The position numbers were made by a program, and so were the translations under genes. Source: Betaproteobacteria bacterium (GTDB lineage: Bacteria > Pseudomonadota > Gammaproteobacteria > Burkholderiales > SG8-39). Taken from it: a DNA stretch of 64,000 nucleotides. Each line of letters starts with the position of its first letter. Position 1 is the stretch's first letter. Shown here piece after piece: positions 28,418-37,232 of this stretch. The stretch lies in assembly GCA_004297625.1 (NCBI GenBank), contig SCTY01000010.1:74324-138323 (forward strand), given 5' to 3'. Below the pieces are notes generated by a model that did not search any database, was not told where the DNA came from, and worked only from the letters and a program-made list of their open reading frames with translations.

Positions 28418-29914
28418 ATGCAGGCACTTCCCGAATACAGCGACGTGGTGGTGGTGGGAGCCGGAAACGCGGCGCTCTGCGCCGCGCTTGCTGCAGCCGA
28501 GCAGGGCGCGTCCGTCCTGGTCCTCGAGCGCGCCCCGGAGACGGAATCCGGCGGCAATACGCGCTTTACCGCCGGAGCGATCAAGTGCGTCTACGACGGG
28601 GTCGAGGACCTCAGAGCCTTGATGCCGCACCTCACGGAGGACGAGATCCGCGTCACCGATTTCGGCCAGCACCCCGAGAGCAAGTACTACGACGACATGG
28701 GTCGCGAGACACAGTACCGGTCCGATCCCGATCTGACCGAAGCGCTCGTCGCGCGCAGCCGCGACACGATTCGGTGGATGAGCAGCAAGGGTGTGCGCTT
28801 TCTTCCGATGTACGGGCGCCAGGCGTTCAGGGTCGACGGAAAATTCAAGTTCTGGGGCGGCTTGACGGTCGAGGCAACCGGTGGGGGGCCAGGCCTCGTC
28901 GAGGCGCTTACAAAGGCGGTGCTGAAGGCGGGCATCCCGATCGCGTACGAGGCACGCGCCATGGCGCTGGTTGCGGACGACGACGGCGTAAAGGGGCTGC
29001 GCGTGAAGCATCGCGGCAGGACCGTCCATGTCCGCGCGAAATCCATCGTGCTGGCCGCGGGCGGGTTCGAGGCGAACGCGGAATGGCGCACGCGCTATCT
29101 CGGCCCGGGTTGGGAGCTTGCGAAGGTGCGCGGCACCCGATTCAATACCGGCGACGGCATCCGCATGGCGCTGGATGTTGGTGCCATGCCGACGGGCAAC
29201 TGGTCCGGCTGCCACTCCGTAGGGTGGGACCGCAACGCGACGGAATTCGGCAACCTCCAGGTGGGCGACAACTACCAGAAGCATTCGTATCCCTTCGGCA
29301 TCATGCTGAATGCGAACGGCGAGCGCTTCGTCGATGAGGGCGCCGACGTCTTCAGCTACACGTACGCCAAATATGGCCGCGTGGTGCTTGCCCAGCCGGG
29401 GCAGTTCGCGTGGCAGGTGTTCGACCGCAAGGCGCAGCCGTACCTGCGCGACGAGTACCGCTTCAAGGGCATGACGAAGGTACGCGCCGACACGCTCGAA
29501 GAGCTCGTCCGCAAGCTGGACGACGTCGATCCGGCGCGCGCGCTGGACACGATCAAGGCGTTCAACGCCGCGACGCCGGGGCCGGAGATCCGCTTCGATC
29601 CCAATGTAAAGGACGGCCGCAGGACGCGCGGCCTCGCGATTCCGAAGTCGAACTGGGCGAACGCAATCGACGAGCCGCCATTCGAGGCGTACGGTGTGAC
29701 TTGCGGCATCACGTTCACCTTCGGCGGCGTGAAGATCGATACGCGGACGCAAGTCCACGACACGGACGGCCGCGTGATAGCGGGTCTTTACGCCGCTGGC
29801 GAAATGGTCGGCGGTCTGTATTTCTTCGGCTATCCGAGCGGCAGCGGCCTGATGTCGGGCGCCGTGTTCGGCAGGATCGCAGGACGGGAGGCGGCGCTCC
29901 GTGCGCGCGGCTGA
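28418..29914 (+). CDS. FAD-dependent tricarballylate dehydrogenase TcuA-like flavoprotein
   Basis: VVGAGNAALCAA, GGNTRFTAG, VRGTRFNTGDG, GERFVDEG, GITFTFGG and GLMSGAVFG. An alternative start exists at 28385. Confidence 0.85.
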   Translation: MQALPEYSDVVVVGAGNAALCAALAAAEQGASVLVLERAPETESGGNTRFTAGAIKCVYDGVEDLRALMPHLTEDEIRVTDFGQHPESKYYDDMGRETQYRSDPDLTEALVARSRDTIRWMSSKGVRFLPMYGRQAFRVDGKFKFWGGLTVEATGGGPGLVEALTKAVLKAGIPIAYEARAMALVADDDGVKGLRVKHRGRTVHVRAKSIVLAAGGFEANAEWRTRYLGPGWELAKVRGTRFNTGDGIRMALDVGAMPTGNWSGCHSVGWDRNATEFGNLQVGDNYQKHSYPFGIMLNANGERFVDEGADVFSYTYAKYGRVVLAQPGQFAWQVFDRKAQPYLRDEYRFKGMTKVRADTLEELVRKLDDVDPARALDTIKAFNAATPGPEIRFDPNVKDGRRTRGLAIPKSNWANAIDEPPFEAYGVTCGITFTFGGVKIDTRTQVHDTDGRVIAGLYAAGEMVGGLYFFGYPSGSGLMSGAVFGRIAGREAALRARG

Positions 29915-29956
29915 CCGCCGCGTCGGACAAGCAATTTGAGAAGGAGGGGTAGCGAT

Positions 29957-30922
29957 ATGAGTCTGCGTCGTGTGTTTGCCTTGCTCTGTGTGTTCTTTTC
30001 CGTGGCCGCAATGGGCCAGGAATATCCGACCAAGCCGATTCGCCTCGTCACGCCGTGGCCCCCGGGCGGCGGAACCGACATCGTGGCGCGGATGATCGCT
30101 GCAAAGCTCACCGATGCCTGGGGACAGCAGGTGGTGGTGGAGAATAAGAGCGGTGCGACCGGCACCATCGGCACTGATATGGTGGCGAAGTCGGCGCCGG
30201 ACGGCTACACACTGATCATCGGGACAAATGCGACGCACGTGATCGCAGTCAGCCTGTACGCGAAGTTGCCCTACGATCAGGAGAAGGACCTTACGCCGAT
30301 CACCCGCGTGTCGGCCGTGCCGCATGTCATAGCGGTCGTGCCTTCGCTCGAAGCGCGGAACGTGCAAGAGCTCATCGCGCTGGCGAAGGCGCATCCGGGA
30401 AAGATCTCTTTCGGCTCAGCGGGCAATGGAAGCACCCCACACCTCGCGGGTGAGTTGTTCAAGACCCTCACCGGGGTCAATTTGCTGCACGTTCCCTACA
30501 AGGGGACGGGGCAGTCGTTGCAGGACACGATCGGCGGCGTAGTGCAAGTGTCGTTCGATACCATGCCGTCGGTGCTTCCGCATATCAAGAGCGGGCGGCT
30601 GCGTGCCCTTGCGATTGCAGGGCCGAAGCGCGTCAGCGCCCTGCCCGATGTCCCGGCCGTCGCCGAAGCCGGGGTACCGGGCGCCGAAGGCATGACCTGG
30701 TACGGGCTTTTCGGTCCCGCCGGACTGCCCAAGCCGATCGTGCAAAAGATATTTGCCGAGGTCGTCAGGATCGTAAAGTTGCCCGACGTGAAGAGCCGGC
30801 TCGATTCGCTCGGCACCGAGGAGACGACGAGCGCCTCGCCGCAGGAATTCGCCGCCATGGTGCACTCCGATATCGCGAAATATGCAAAGGTCATAAAGTC
30901 GGCCGGTCTCAGGATGGATTGA
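29957..30922 (+). CDS. Bug/TctC tripartite tricarboxylate transporter substrate-binding protein
   Basis: [36 protein letters not shown] and HVPYKG. Confidence 0.93.
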   Translation: MSLRRVFALLCVFFSVAAMGQEYPTKPIRLVTPWPPGGGTDIVARMIAAKLTDAWGQQVVVENKSGATGTIGTDMVAKSAPDGYTLIIGTNATHVIAVSLYAKLPYDQEKDLTPITRVSAVPHVIAVVPSLEARNVQELIALAKAHPGKISFGSAGNGSTPHLAGELFKTLTGVNLLHVPYKGTGQSLQDTIGGVVQVSFDTMPSVLPHIKSGRLRALAIAGPKRVSALPDVPAVAEAGVPGAEGMTWYGLFGPAGLPKPIVQKIFAEVVRIVKLPDVKSRLDSLGTEETTSASPQEFAAMVHSDIAKYAKVIKSAGLRMD

Positions 30923-30930
30923 CGCCCTCG

Positions 30931-31911
30931 ATGCGGGCGATCCTGATCGAGAAGGCTGAAAGCGGGCAGCGGGTCGCCCTGGGCGAAGTGGACGAGGATC
31001 GACTTCCCCAGGGCGACGTAACCGTCCGAGTCGACTATTCGACCGTCAATTACAAGGACGCCCTCGCCATAACAGGCAAGGCGCCGGTGGTGCGCAAGTA
31101 CCCGATGGTGCCGGGCATCGACTTCAGCGGCGCGGTGGAAGCGAGCAGTGATCCACAGTGGAAGGTCGGTGATCGCGTTGTCCTGAACGGCTGGGGTGTC
31201 GGCGAAACTCATTGGGGCGGGCTCGCGCAGCGCGCGCGTGTCAAGGGGCAGTGGCTGGTGCGCCTGCCCGAAGGCCTCACGTCCTACCAGGCGATGGCAA
31301 TCGGCACGGCCGGTTATACCGCCATGCTTTGCGTGATGGCGCTCGTGAAGCACGGCTTGAAGCCAGGCGATGGCGAAGTGCTTGTCACCGGAGCGGCAGG
31401 CGGTGTGGGCAGCACAGCGATCGCATTGCTTACTGGTCTTGGTTACAACGTAGTCGCTTCAACTGGCCGACCGGCGGAAACCGAGTACCTCAGGGTGCTG
31501 GGAGCGAGCGAAGTGGTCGACCGCGCCCAATTCTCGTCTCCGGGCAAACCTCTCGTGAAGGAGCGCTGGGCGGGCGCAGTCGATGCCGTTGGTAGTCACA
31601 CACTGGCGAACGTGTGCGCGGCGATGCGCTACGGTGGCGCGGTGGCTGCGTGCGGACTCGCTGGCGGCATGGATTTCCCTGCCACAGTCGCACCGTTCAT
31701 CTTGCGCGGCGTGACGCTGTACGGTATCGACAGCGTCATGGCGCCGGCGAATTTGCGGCAGGAGGCGTGGCGCCGCCTTGCTGCAAACCTCGACCGCGCC
31801 AAGCTTGACGCTATGGCAGGCGAGATCTCGCTGGGAGAAGCGATTGCGGCGGGCGCACGCGTGATAGCTGGTCAAGTGCGCGGGCGGCTCGTCGTCAATG
31901 TGAACCGCTGA
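30931..31911 (+). CDS. acuI: Acryloyl-CoA reductase AcuI/YhdH family (MDR)
   Basis: [38 protein letters not shown] and PFILRGV. Confidence 0.88.
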   Translation: MRAILIEKAESGQRVALGEVDEDRLPQGDVTVRVDYSTVNYKDALAITGKAPVVRKYPMVPGIDFSGAVEASSDPQWKVGDRVVLNGWGVGETHWGGLAQRARVKGQWLVRLPEGLTSYQAMAIGTAGYTAMLCVMALVKHGLKPGDGEVLVTGAAGGVGSTAIALLTGLGYNVVASTGRPAETEYLRVLGASEVVDRAQFSSPGKPLVKERWAGAVDAVGSHTLANVCAAMRYGGAVAACGLAGGMDFPATVAPFILRGVTLYGIDSVMAPANLRQEAWRRLAANLDRAKLDAMAGEISLGEAIAAGARVIAGQVRGRLVVNVNR

Positions 31912-31923
31912 AAAGGAGGCGCG

Positions 31924-33123
31924 ATGGGCGAGCCGCCGCTCGGCGCTCTGGCGGGAATCCGGGTCCTGGATCTCGGGAATTTCATGGCCGGGCCGATGGC
32001 GGCGACCTGGCTCGGCGACTTCGGCGCCGAGGTGATAAAGGTTGAGCACCCACGCGGCGACGGGGTGCGGCACTGGGGCCAGACCAAGAACGGCGATCCG
32101 CTTTACTGGAAAATGCTGTCGCGGAACAAGCGCTGCATCACGCTGAACCTCAGCAAGCCCGAGGGACAGAAGCTGCTCCGTGACTTGGCCGCCAAGAGCG
32201 ACGTACTTGTCGAGAATTTCACGCCCGGCACGATGAGCCGGTGGAACGTCGGCTACGAGCAGCTGAGCAAAGTGAACCCGCGGCTCGTCATGCTCAGCAT
32301 CTCGGCCTACGGGCAGTCGGGACCGTATTCGCTGCGCCCGGGCTTCGGCACGCTCGCCGAAGCGATGAGCGGCTTCGCCTATATCAACGGCCAGGCCGAC
32401 GGGCCGCCGACGCTGCCGTCGTTCGGGCTCGCCGACGGAATCGCGGGCCTGAACGGCGCGTTCGGAGTGCTCGTCGCCTTGCGCCACCGGGATGCGCACG
32501 GCGTCGGCCAGCATATCGATGCCGCGCTCTACGAGCCGCTGCTCACGGTTCTCGGCCCCCAGGTAATCGAATACGACCAGCTCGGAATCGTGCAGGACAG
32601 ACTGGGGAGCCGGCTGCCATTCTCCGCGCCGCGCAACGTCTACAAGACGAAGGACGGCCAGTGGCTGTCGATGTCGTCGAGCGCGCAGAGCGTGTTCGAG
32701 CGCACCATGCACGCCATCGGCAAGCCGCACCTGATCCAAGACGAGCGTTTCCTGGACAACCGCAAGCGCGGCGCGAACGTCGAGGCGCTCGACAAGGAGA
32801 TCGCCGCATGGTGCTCGCAGCATACGATGGAGCAGGCGATGCAGATCCTGGTGAAGCACGAGGCGGCCGCGGCGCCGGTCTACAGCGTGGCAGACGTCGT
32901 CTCAGATGCCCACTTCACGATGCGCGGCAGTGTGGTTGCCGTCAACGATGCGAACCTCGGTCCGGTGAAAATGCAGGCGCCTTTCCCGCGGCTGTCGAAA
33001 ACTCCGGGGAAGATCCGATCGACCGGGCCGAAACTCGGCGAGCACAATCGCGAAGTTTACGGGGCGCTGCTCGAGCTCGGCGAGACGGAGCTCGAGCGCC
33101 TTGCGAGCCAAGGCATCATCTGA
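31924..33123 (+). CDS. CaiB/BaiF class III CoA-transferase
   Basis: LAGIRVLDL, RNKRCITLNL, DVLVENF and LADGIAG with the catalytic Asp retained. Confidence 0.93.
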   Translation: MGEPPLGALAGIRVLDLGNFMAGPMAATWLGDFGAEVIKVEHPRGDGVRHWGQTKNGDPLYWKMLSRNKRCITLNLSKPEGQKLLRDLAAKSDVLVENFTPGTMSRWNVGYEQLSKVNPRLVMLSISAYGQSGPYSLRPGFGTLAEAMSGFAYINGQADGPPTLPSFGLADGIAGLNGAFGVLVALRHRDAHGVGQHIDAALYEPLLTVLGPQVIEYDQLGIVQDRLGSRLPFSAPRNVYKTKDGQWLSMSSSAQSVFERTMHAIGKPHLIQDERFLDNRKRGANVEALDKEIAAWCSQHTMEQAMQILVKHEAAAAPVYSVADVVSDAHFTMRGSVVAVNDANLGPVKMQAPFPRLSKTPGKIRSTGPKLGEHNREVYGALLELGETELERLASQGII

Positions 33124-33134
33124 GGAGCGCGAGC

Positions 33135-33983
33135 ATGAAGAAGAAGCTGCGCAGGTCCTGGCTGCTTACTCTGACGACCGACGATCGCAAGGTGCAGAAA
33201 GCGGCCGAGTCGAGCGCCGATGTCCTGATCCTCGACCTGACCGACTCGGTGACGCCTGAGCTCAAGCACGAGGCGCGCCGCCGGGTCGTCGACTGGCTGA
33301 AAGGAAGCCATCCATTCGGCGACAAGCAGGTTGCAGTCAAGCCGAACAACCTTTGGAGCGAATGGGGCCGCGACGATCTGGAAGCGATATCGTCTCTTCG
33401 GATGGACGTGCTCTATTATCCGGAGGCACGCAGCGCGGACGAAGTGCGGATGGTGCAGCGCGCGCTCGACGAGGCGGGATCACAGGCCGAGATCGCCGTG
33501 CTTCTGGAGACGCCGCAATCTTTCCTCGAGATTCGCGAGCTCGCCGCGGTGCCGCGCGTCACCGCTTTCAACCATGCCCAAGGCGACCTGTCCGTGAACC
33601 TTGGCGTGGCCCTTACCGATAGCCGCGAGACGCTGCTCTACACTGCCTCGCAACTCGTGCTCGTTGCCCGGGCTTACGGCCTGCTCGCCATCGATACCGC
33701 TCTGCCGTCCGATTTGCGCGATGCGGCGTTAAGCCGCCGCTATATCGAAAGCTCTCGCCGTATGGGCTTTCAGGCGAGCTCGACCTTCTACGCGCCGCAT
33801 GTCGATGCAATCAATGCGGTCTTCTCGCCAGGGGAAAAGCAGCTCGCGGAGGCCCGCGAAATCATCGCCGAGTACGAGAAAGTGAAGAAGACGGGGCGAG
33901 CCGCTTACGTACGGCCGGATGGCAGGTGGGTCACCGTTCACCAGTTCAGGCAGGCGCTGGAGATGCTCGAGCAGTTCGGATAA
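33135..33983 (+). CDS. HpcH/CitE-like CoA-ester lyase family (divergent)
   Basis: RRSWL, ADVLILDLTDSV, LLETP, GDLS and HVDAINAVFSP. GGAG RBS before ATG 33135. Confidence 0.82.
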   Translation: MKKKLRRSWLLTLTTDDRKVQKAAESSADVLILDLTDSVTPELKHEARRRVVDWLKGSHPFGDKQVAVKPNNLWSEWGRDDLEAISSLRMDVLYYPEARSADEVRMVQRALDEAGSQAEIAVLLETPQSFLEIRELAAVPRVTAFNHAQGDLSVNLGVALTDSRETLLYTASQLVLVARAYGLLAIDTALPSDLRDAALSRRYIESSRRMGFQASSTFYAPHVDAINAVFSPGEKQLAEAREIIAEYEKVKKTGRAAYVRPDGRWVTVHQFRQALEMLEQFG

Positions 33984-33989
33984 CTGCAA

Positions 33990-35186
33990 TCAGGCGCGCT
34001 CGAAAATGGCGGCCATGCCCTGGCCGCCGCCGCAGCACATGGTCTCGAGGCCGTAGCGCCCTTTACGCCGCTTGAGCTCGTACAGCAGGCTCGCGAGGAT
34101 GCGCACCCCGGTCGCGCCGATCGGGTGGCCGAGCGAGATTCCCGAGCCGTTCACGTTGAGGCGCTCGGGGTCGTTCCAGCCCCAGCCCTTGAGCACCGCC
34201 AGTACCTGGCAGGCGAAGGCCTCGTTCAGCTCTACGAGATCCAGCTTGTCCCAGGTAAATCGCGTCTTGGCAAACAGCTTGGCCACGGCGGGTACGGGTC
34301 CGATTCCCATGATGCCGGGCTCGCACCCGGCTGCGGCCCAGCCGGTAAGGAAGCCGGCGGGCGTGAGCTCCAGCGAAGCGAGCTTGTCCTCGGCGACCAC
34401 AAGGCAGGCGGCCGCCGCATCGTTCTGCTGGCTCGCATTGCCGGCCGTCACGATACCGTCCTTCACGAGCGGCTTGAGTTTGGCGAGGGTTTCCATGCTG
34501 GCGTCGGCGCGAAATCCTTCGTCCTTGGCGAAGACGACCGGGTCGCCCTTTCTCTGCGGCACGCTCACCGGGACGAGCTCCTCGTTGAAGCGGCCTTCCT
34601 TCCACGCGGCCGTGGCGCGCTGGTGGCTGCGTACCGCGTACGCATCGGCTTCCTCGCGCGTAATCTTGTACTGCTTGGCCAGGTTCTCCGCCGTTTCGAT
34701 CATCCCGGAAATGCGGCCGAAACGCTCCACCGGCTGCGAGCGTTCGCGGCCGCGCGCCAGGCGATCGTGCAGCGTGACCGAGCCCATTCGCGCGCCCCAG
34801 CGCATGTCTAGGGTGTAGTACTCCACGTTGCTCATGCTCTCGGCGCCGCCGGCGAGCACGACATCGGCGGCGCCGGTCTGGATCATCATCGCGGCGGTCA
34901 CGACGGCCTGCAGCCCGCTGCCGCAGCGCCGGTCCGTCTGGATTCCAGGCACCTCGATCGGTAATCCCGCTTCGAGCGCGGCGTAGCGGCCGAGGCACGG
35001 CGTTTCGCCGTTCGGATAGCCGTGCGCGAAAACCACGTCCTCGATGCGCGCCGGATCGATGCGCGAGCGCTCGACCACCGCCTTGATGGCGGTGGCGGCG
35101 AGTTTTTCCACGGGTACGGTGCGCAAAGCGCCGCCATAGCCGCCTACTGCGGTACGGACCGGCGTCACGATAGCTGCGCGTCTCAT
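33990..35186 (-). CDS. Acetyl-CoA C-acyltransferase (thiolase)
   Basis: RRCGSGLQA, TAGNASQQND, LNEAFA, GHPIGATG and CCGGGQG. Confidence 0.95.
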   Translation of the reverse strand: MRRAAIVTPVRTAVGGYGGALRTVPVEKLAATAIKAVVERSRIDPARIEDVVFAHGYPNGETPCLGRYAALEAGLPIEVPGIQTDRRCGSGLQAVVTAAMMIQTGAADVVLAGGAESMSNVEYYTLDMRWGARMGSVTLHDRLARGRERSQPVERFGRISGMIETAENLAKQYKITREEADAYAVRSHQRATAAWKEGRFNEELVPVSVPQRKGDPVVFAKDEGFRADASMETLAKLKPLVKDGIVTAGNASQQNDAAAACLVVAEDKLASLELTPAGFLTGWAAAGCEPGIMGIGPVPAVAKLFAKTRFTWDKLDLVELNEAFACQVLAVLKGWGWNDPERLNVNGSGISLGHPIGATGVRILASLLYELKRRKGRYGLETMCCGGGQGMAAIFERA

Positions 35187-35232
35187 GGGCGAATCTCCTG
35201 CGATTAGACGAATGTGCTGCGATGGTACCGCG

Positions 35233-35616
35233 CTAGGCGCGGCACGCTAGACCGGCGAGGTAGTCCACGATGGCGTTCCCCGAGCTTCCCGGAGGAAAGA
35301 CCTTGGCCACGCCTCTCGCCAGCAGCCTCTCGATCTGCTGCGGAGGGACGTGGCCGCCGCAAACCACCGGCACGTCGGTGAGTTGGTGCTTCTCGATAAG
35401 GTCCATGAGGTCGTCGACGAGCGCGAAGTTCGAGGCGTGCAGGCTGATGCCGATCACATCCGCGTCTTCCTCGATGGCCGCGTCGACGATCATGGCCGGC
35501 GTCTGGTTGGTGCCGAGGTAGACCACCTCGAATCCCGCGTCGCGCAAGAGCGTTGCCACGACCTCGGCGCCGGTGGTGTGGCTGTCCAGCCCGATCATGG
35601 AGAGGATGACTTTCAA
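35233..35616 (-). CDS. Cobalamin-binding small subunit of an acyl-CoA mutase
   Basis: GLDSHTTG (DxHxxG), LRDAGFEVVYLG, EEDADVIGIS and VCGG. TTG start overlaps the mutase stop. Confidence 0.93.
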   Translation of the reverse strand: MKVILSMIGLDSHTTGAEVVATLLRDAGFEVVYLGTNQTPAMIVDAAIEEDADVIGISLHASNFALVDDLMDLIEKHQLTDVPVVCGGHVPPQQIERLLARGVAKVFPPGSSGNAIVDYLAGLACRA

Positions 35617-37232
35617 AGCTCGTACGGGCAGCGGATCAGCTTGAAGGGATCGTAGCTCAGGCCGCGGGCGAGGCGGATCGCGCCCATGATCTCGCCGGCC
35701 GTGGCGTAAGCCTTCACCGCGTCGATGATGGCGGGCATCAGATTGAATCGGTCACCCTTCTCAGCGTCCGCATGAAGCCGCCGCACGCTCGCCTCGATTG
35801 GCGCCATGTCGCGCGTCTTCTTCCAGTCCGCCATGCGCTTGGCGATGGCCTCGGCATCGCTCACCTCGATCGCTTGAACAGGAACCTGGAACATTTCTTC
35901 TTCCGGGGGGATGACGAGGTGGTTGACGCCGACGACCAGCCGTTCCTTGCTGTTCAGCTCCTGGAACTTGAGGTTCGCCTCTCTCTTCAGCATGGTCTCG
36001 ATGTATCCCTTCTCGATCGCGGCGACGAGCCCGCCCAGCGCGTCGATCTCCTCCAGGACGCGATAGGCCGCGGTCTCCACCTCGTGGGTGAGCCTCTCGA
36101 CGAAATAGGAGCCGGCGAGCGGATCGACCACGTCGGCGACCCCGGTCTCGACGGCGACGATGTGCTGCGTATTCAGCGACATCCGCGCCGCGAGGGCGGA
36201 GGGCTCAGCATAGGCATTGTCCAGCGTGGCGTTGTCGAGCGCCGTGCAACCGACCATGGCGCCGGCCAACGTCTCGATGGCGCAACGCGCAATGTTGTTC
36301 AGCGGCTGCTGGTACGTCATGGTCCGGCCCGAGGTATGGACCGCAATAAGCAGCTGGCAAGACTTCTCGTTCTTCGCTCCGAAGTGCTCTTTGGCCATCT
36401 TCGCCCACATGCGGCGCAGCGCGCGCACCTTGGCGATCTCTTCGAAGAAACGGGTCCCGATGCTCACGAGCTGGTAAGGCACCCGCATCGCGTCGTCGAA
36501 CTCGAGCCCGCGCTCGGCGACCAGGCGGCCGCAGATTTCCTTCAGCATGGAAAGCTCGATGGCGAGTGCCTGCGCGTTGTTGCCGCCGGATTCCTGGAAG
36601 TGCTGGCCGACCAGGCCGGCGCGCATGCGAATGCCGTTGCGCACGATGTACTCGGAAGCGTCGAGGAACAGCTTCATGTCGAGGTCGAAGGGCTGCACGT
36701 CGGTCTGCCCGAAGACATTTCCGAACGGCGACTCGGTGACGCTGCCGTGGATCTCGGCGAGGTCGACGCCCCGCGCTTCGGCGAGCGCCACCACGTAGGC
36801 GAGGCGCAGCGTCGAGGGCGCGCAGCAGCCAAGCACGGTAATCGATTGGCCGGTGAGCGGAATGTCGTCCATCAGCTCTTCGAACTCGGCGAGCGAGCTG
36901 CCGGGCCAGCCGAGGACGCCGTTCTCGCGCCGCGCGAGCGGATGGTCGGCGTCGATGCACGAGGAGGAAACGCGGTCGTGAATGACGCAGATGCCGCCGT
37001 GCTGGCCCATCTCGCGATACTTCTTCAGGACCGCGTTGGTGTCGCGCGAGGAGCCAAGGCCCGCGGTCATCCGCCGGGTCCACATGCGGCTGCGGTAGCC
37101 CTGCGCGTGGTAGCCGCGCGTATAGGGGAAGCGCCCGGGATCGCCGAGGTCGCGCTCGTACTCCAACCCCTCGACATCGCGCGGCCCGTAGACCGGCTTG
37201 ATTTCGTAGCCGTAGTCGGTGGCGTATTTCAT
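35613..37232 (-). CDS. Methylmalonyl-CoA mutase-family large (substrate-binding) subunit, atypical
   Basis: LGDPGRFPYTRG, FFEEIAKVRALRRMWA, QQPLNNIAR, DPLAGSYFVERLT and NLMPAIIDAVKAYATAGEI. Start at ATG 37232. Confidence 0.93.
   Translation of the reverse strand: MKYATDYGYEIKPVYGPRDVEGLEYERDLGDPGRFPYTRGYHAQGYRSRMWTRRMTAGLGSSRDTNAVLKKYREMGQHGGICVIHDRVSSSCIDADHPLARRENGVLGWPGSSLAEFEELMDDIPLTGQSITVLGCCAPSTLRLAYVVALAEARGVDLAEIHGSVTESPFGNVFGQTDVQPFDLDMKLFLDASEYIVRNGIRMRAGLVGQHFQESGGNNAQALAIELSMLKEICGRLVAERGLEFDDAMRVPYQLVSIGTRFFEEIAKVRALRRMWAKMAKEHFGAKNEKSCQLLIAVHTSGRTMTYQQPLNNIARCAIETLAGAMVGCTALDNATLDNAYAEPSALAARMSLNTQHIVAVETGVADVVDPLAGSYFVERLTHEVETAAYRVLEEIDALGGLVAAIEKGYIETMLKREANLKFQELNSKERLVVGVNHLVIPPEEEMFQVPVQAIEVSDAEAIAKRMADWKKTRDMAPIEASVRRLHADAEKGDRFNLMPAIIDAVKAYATAGEIMGAIRLARGLSYDPFKLIRCPYEL

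Noticed and set aside
35613-37232. Calling the mutase methylmalonyl-CoA mutase
   Set aside because: The Tyr89/Arg207-equivalent residues are not conserved, and no epimerase or meaB is nearby.
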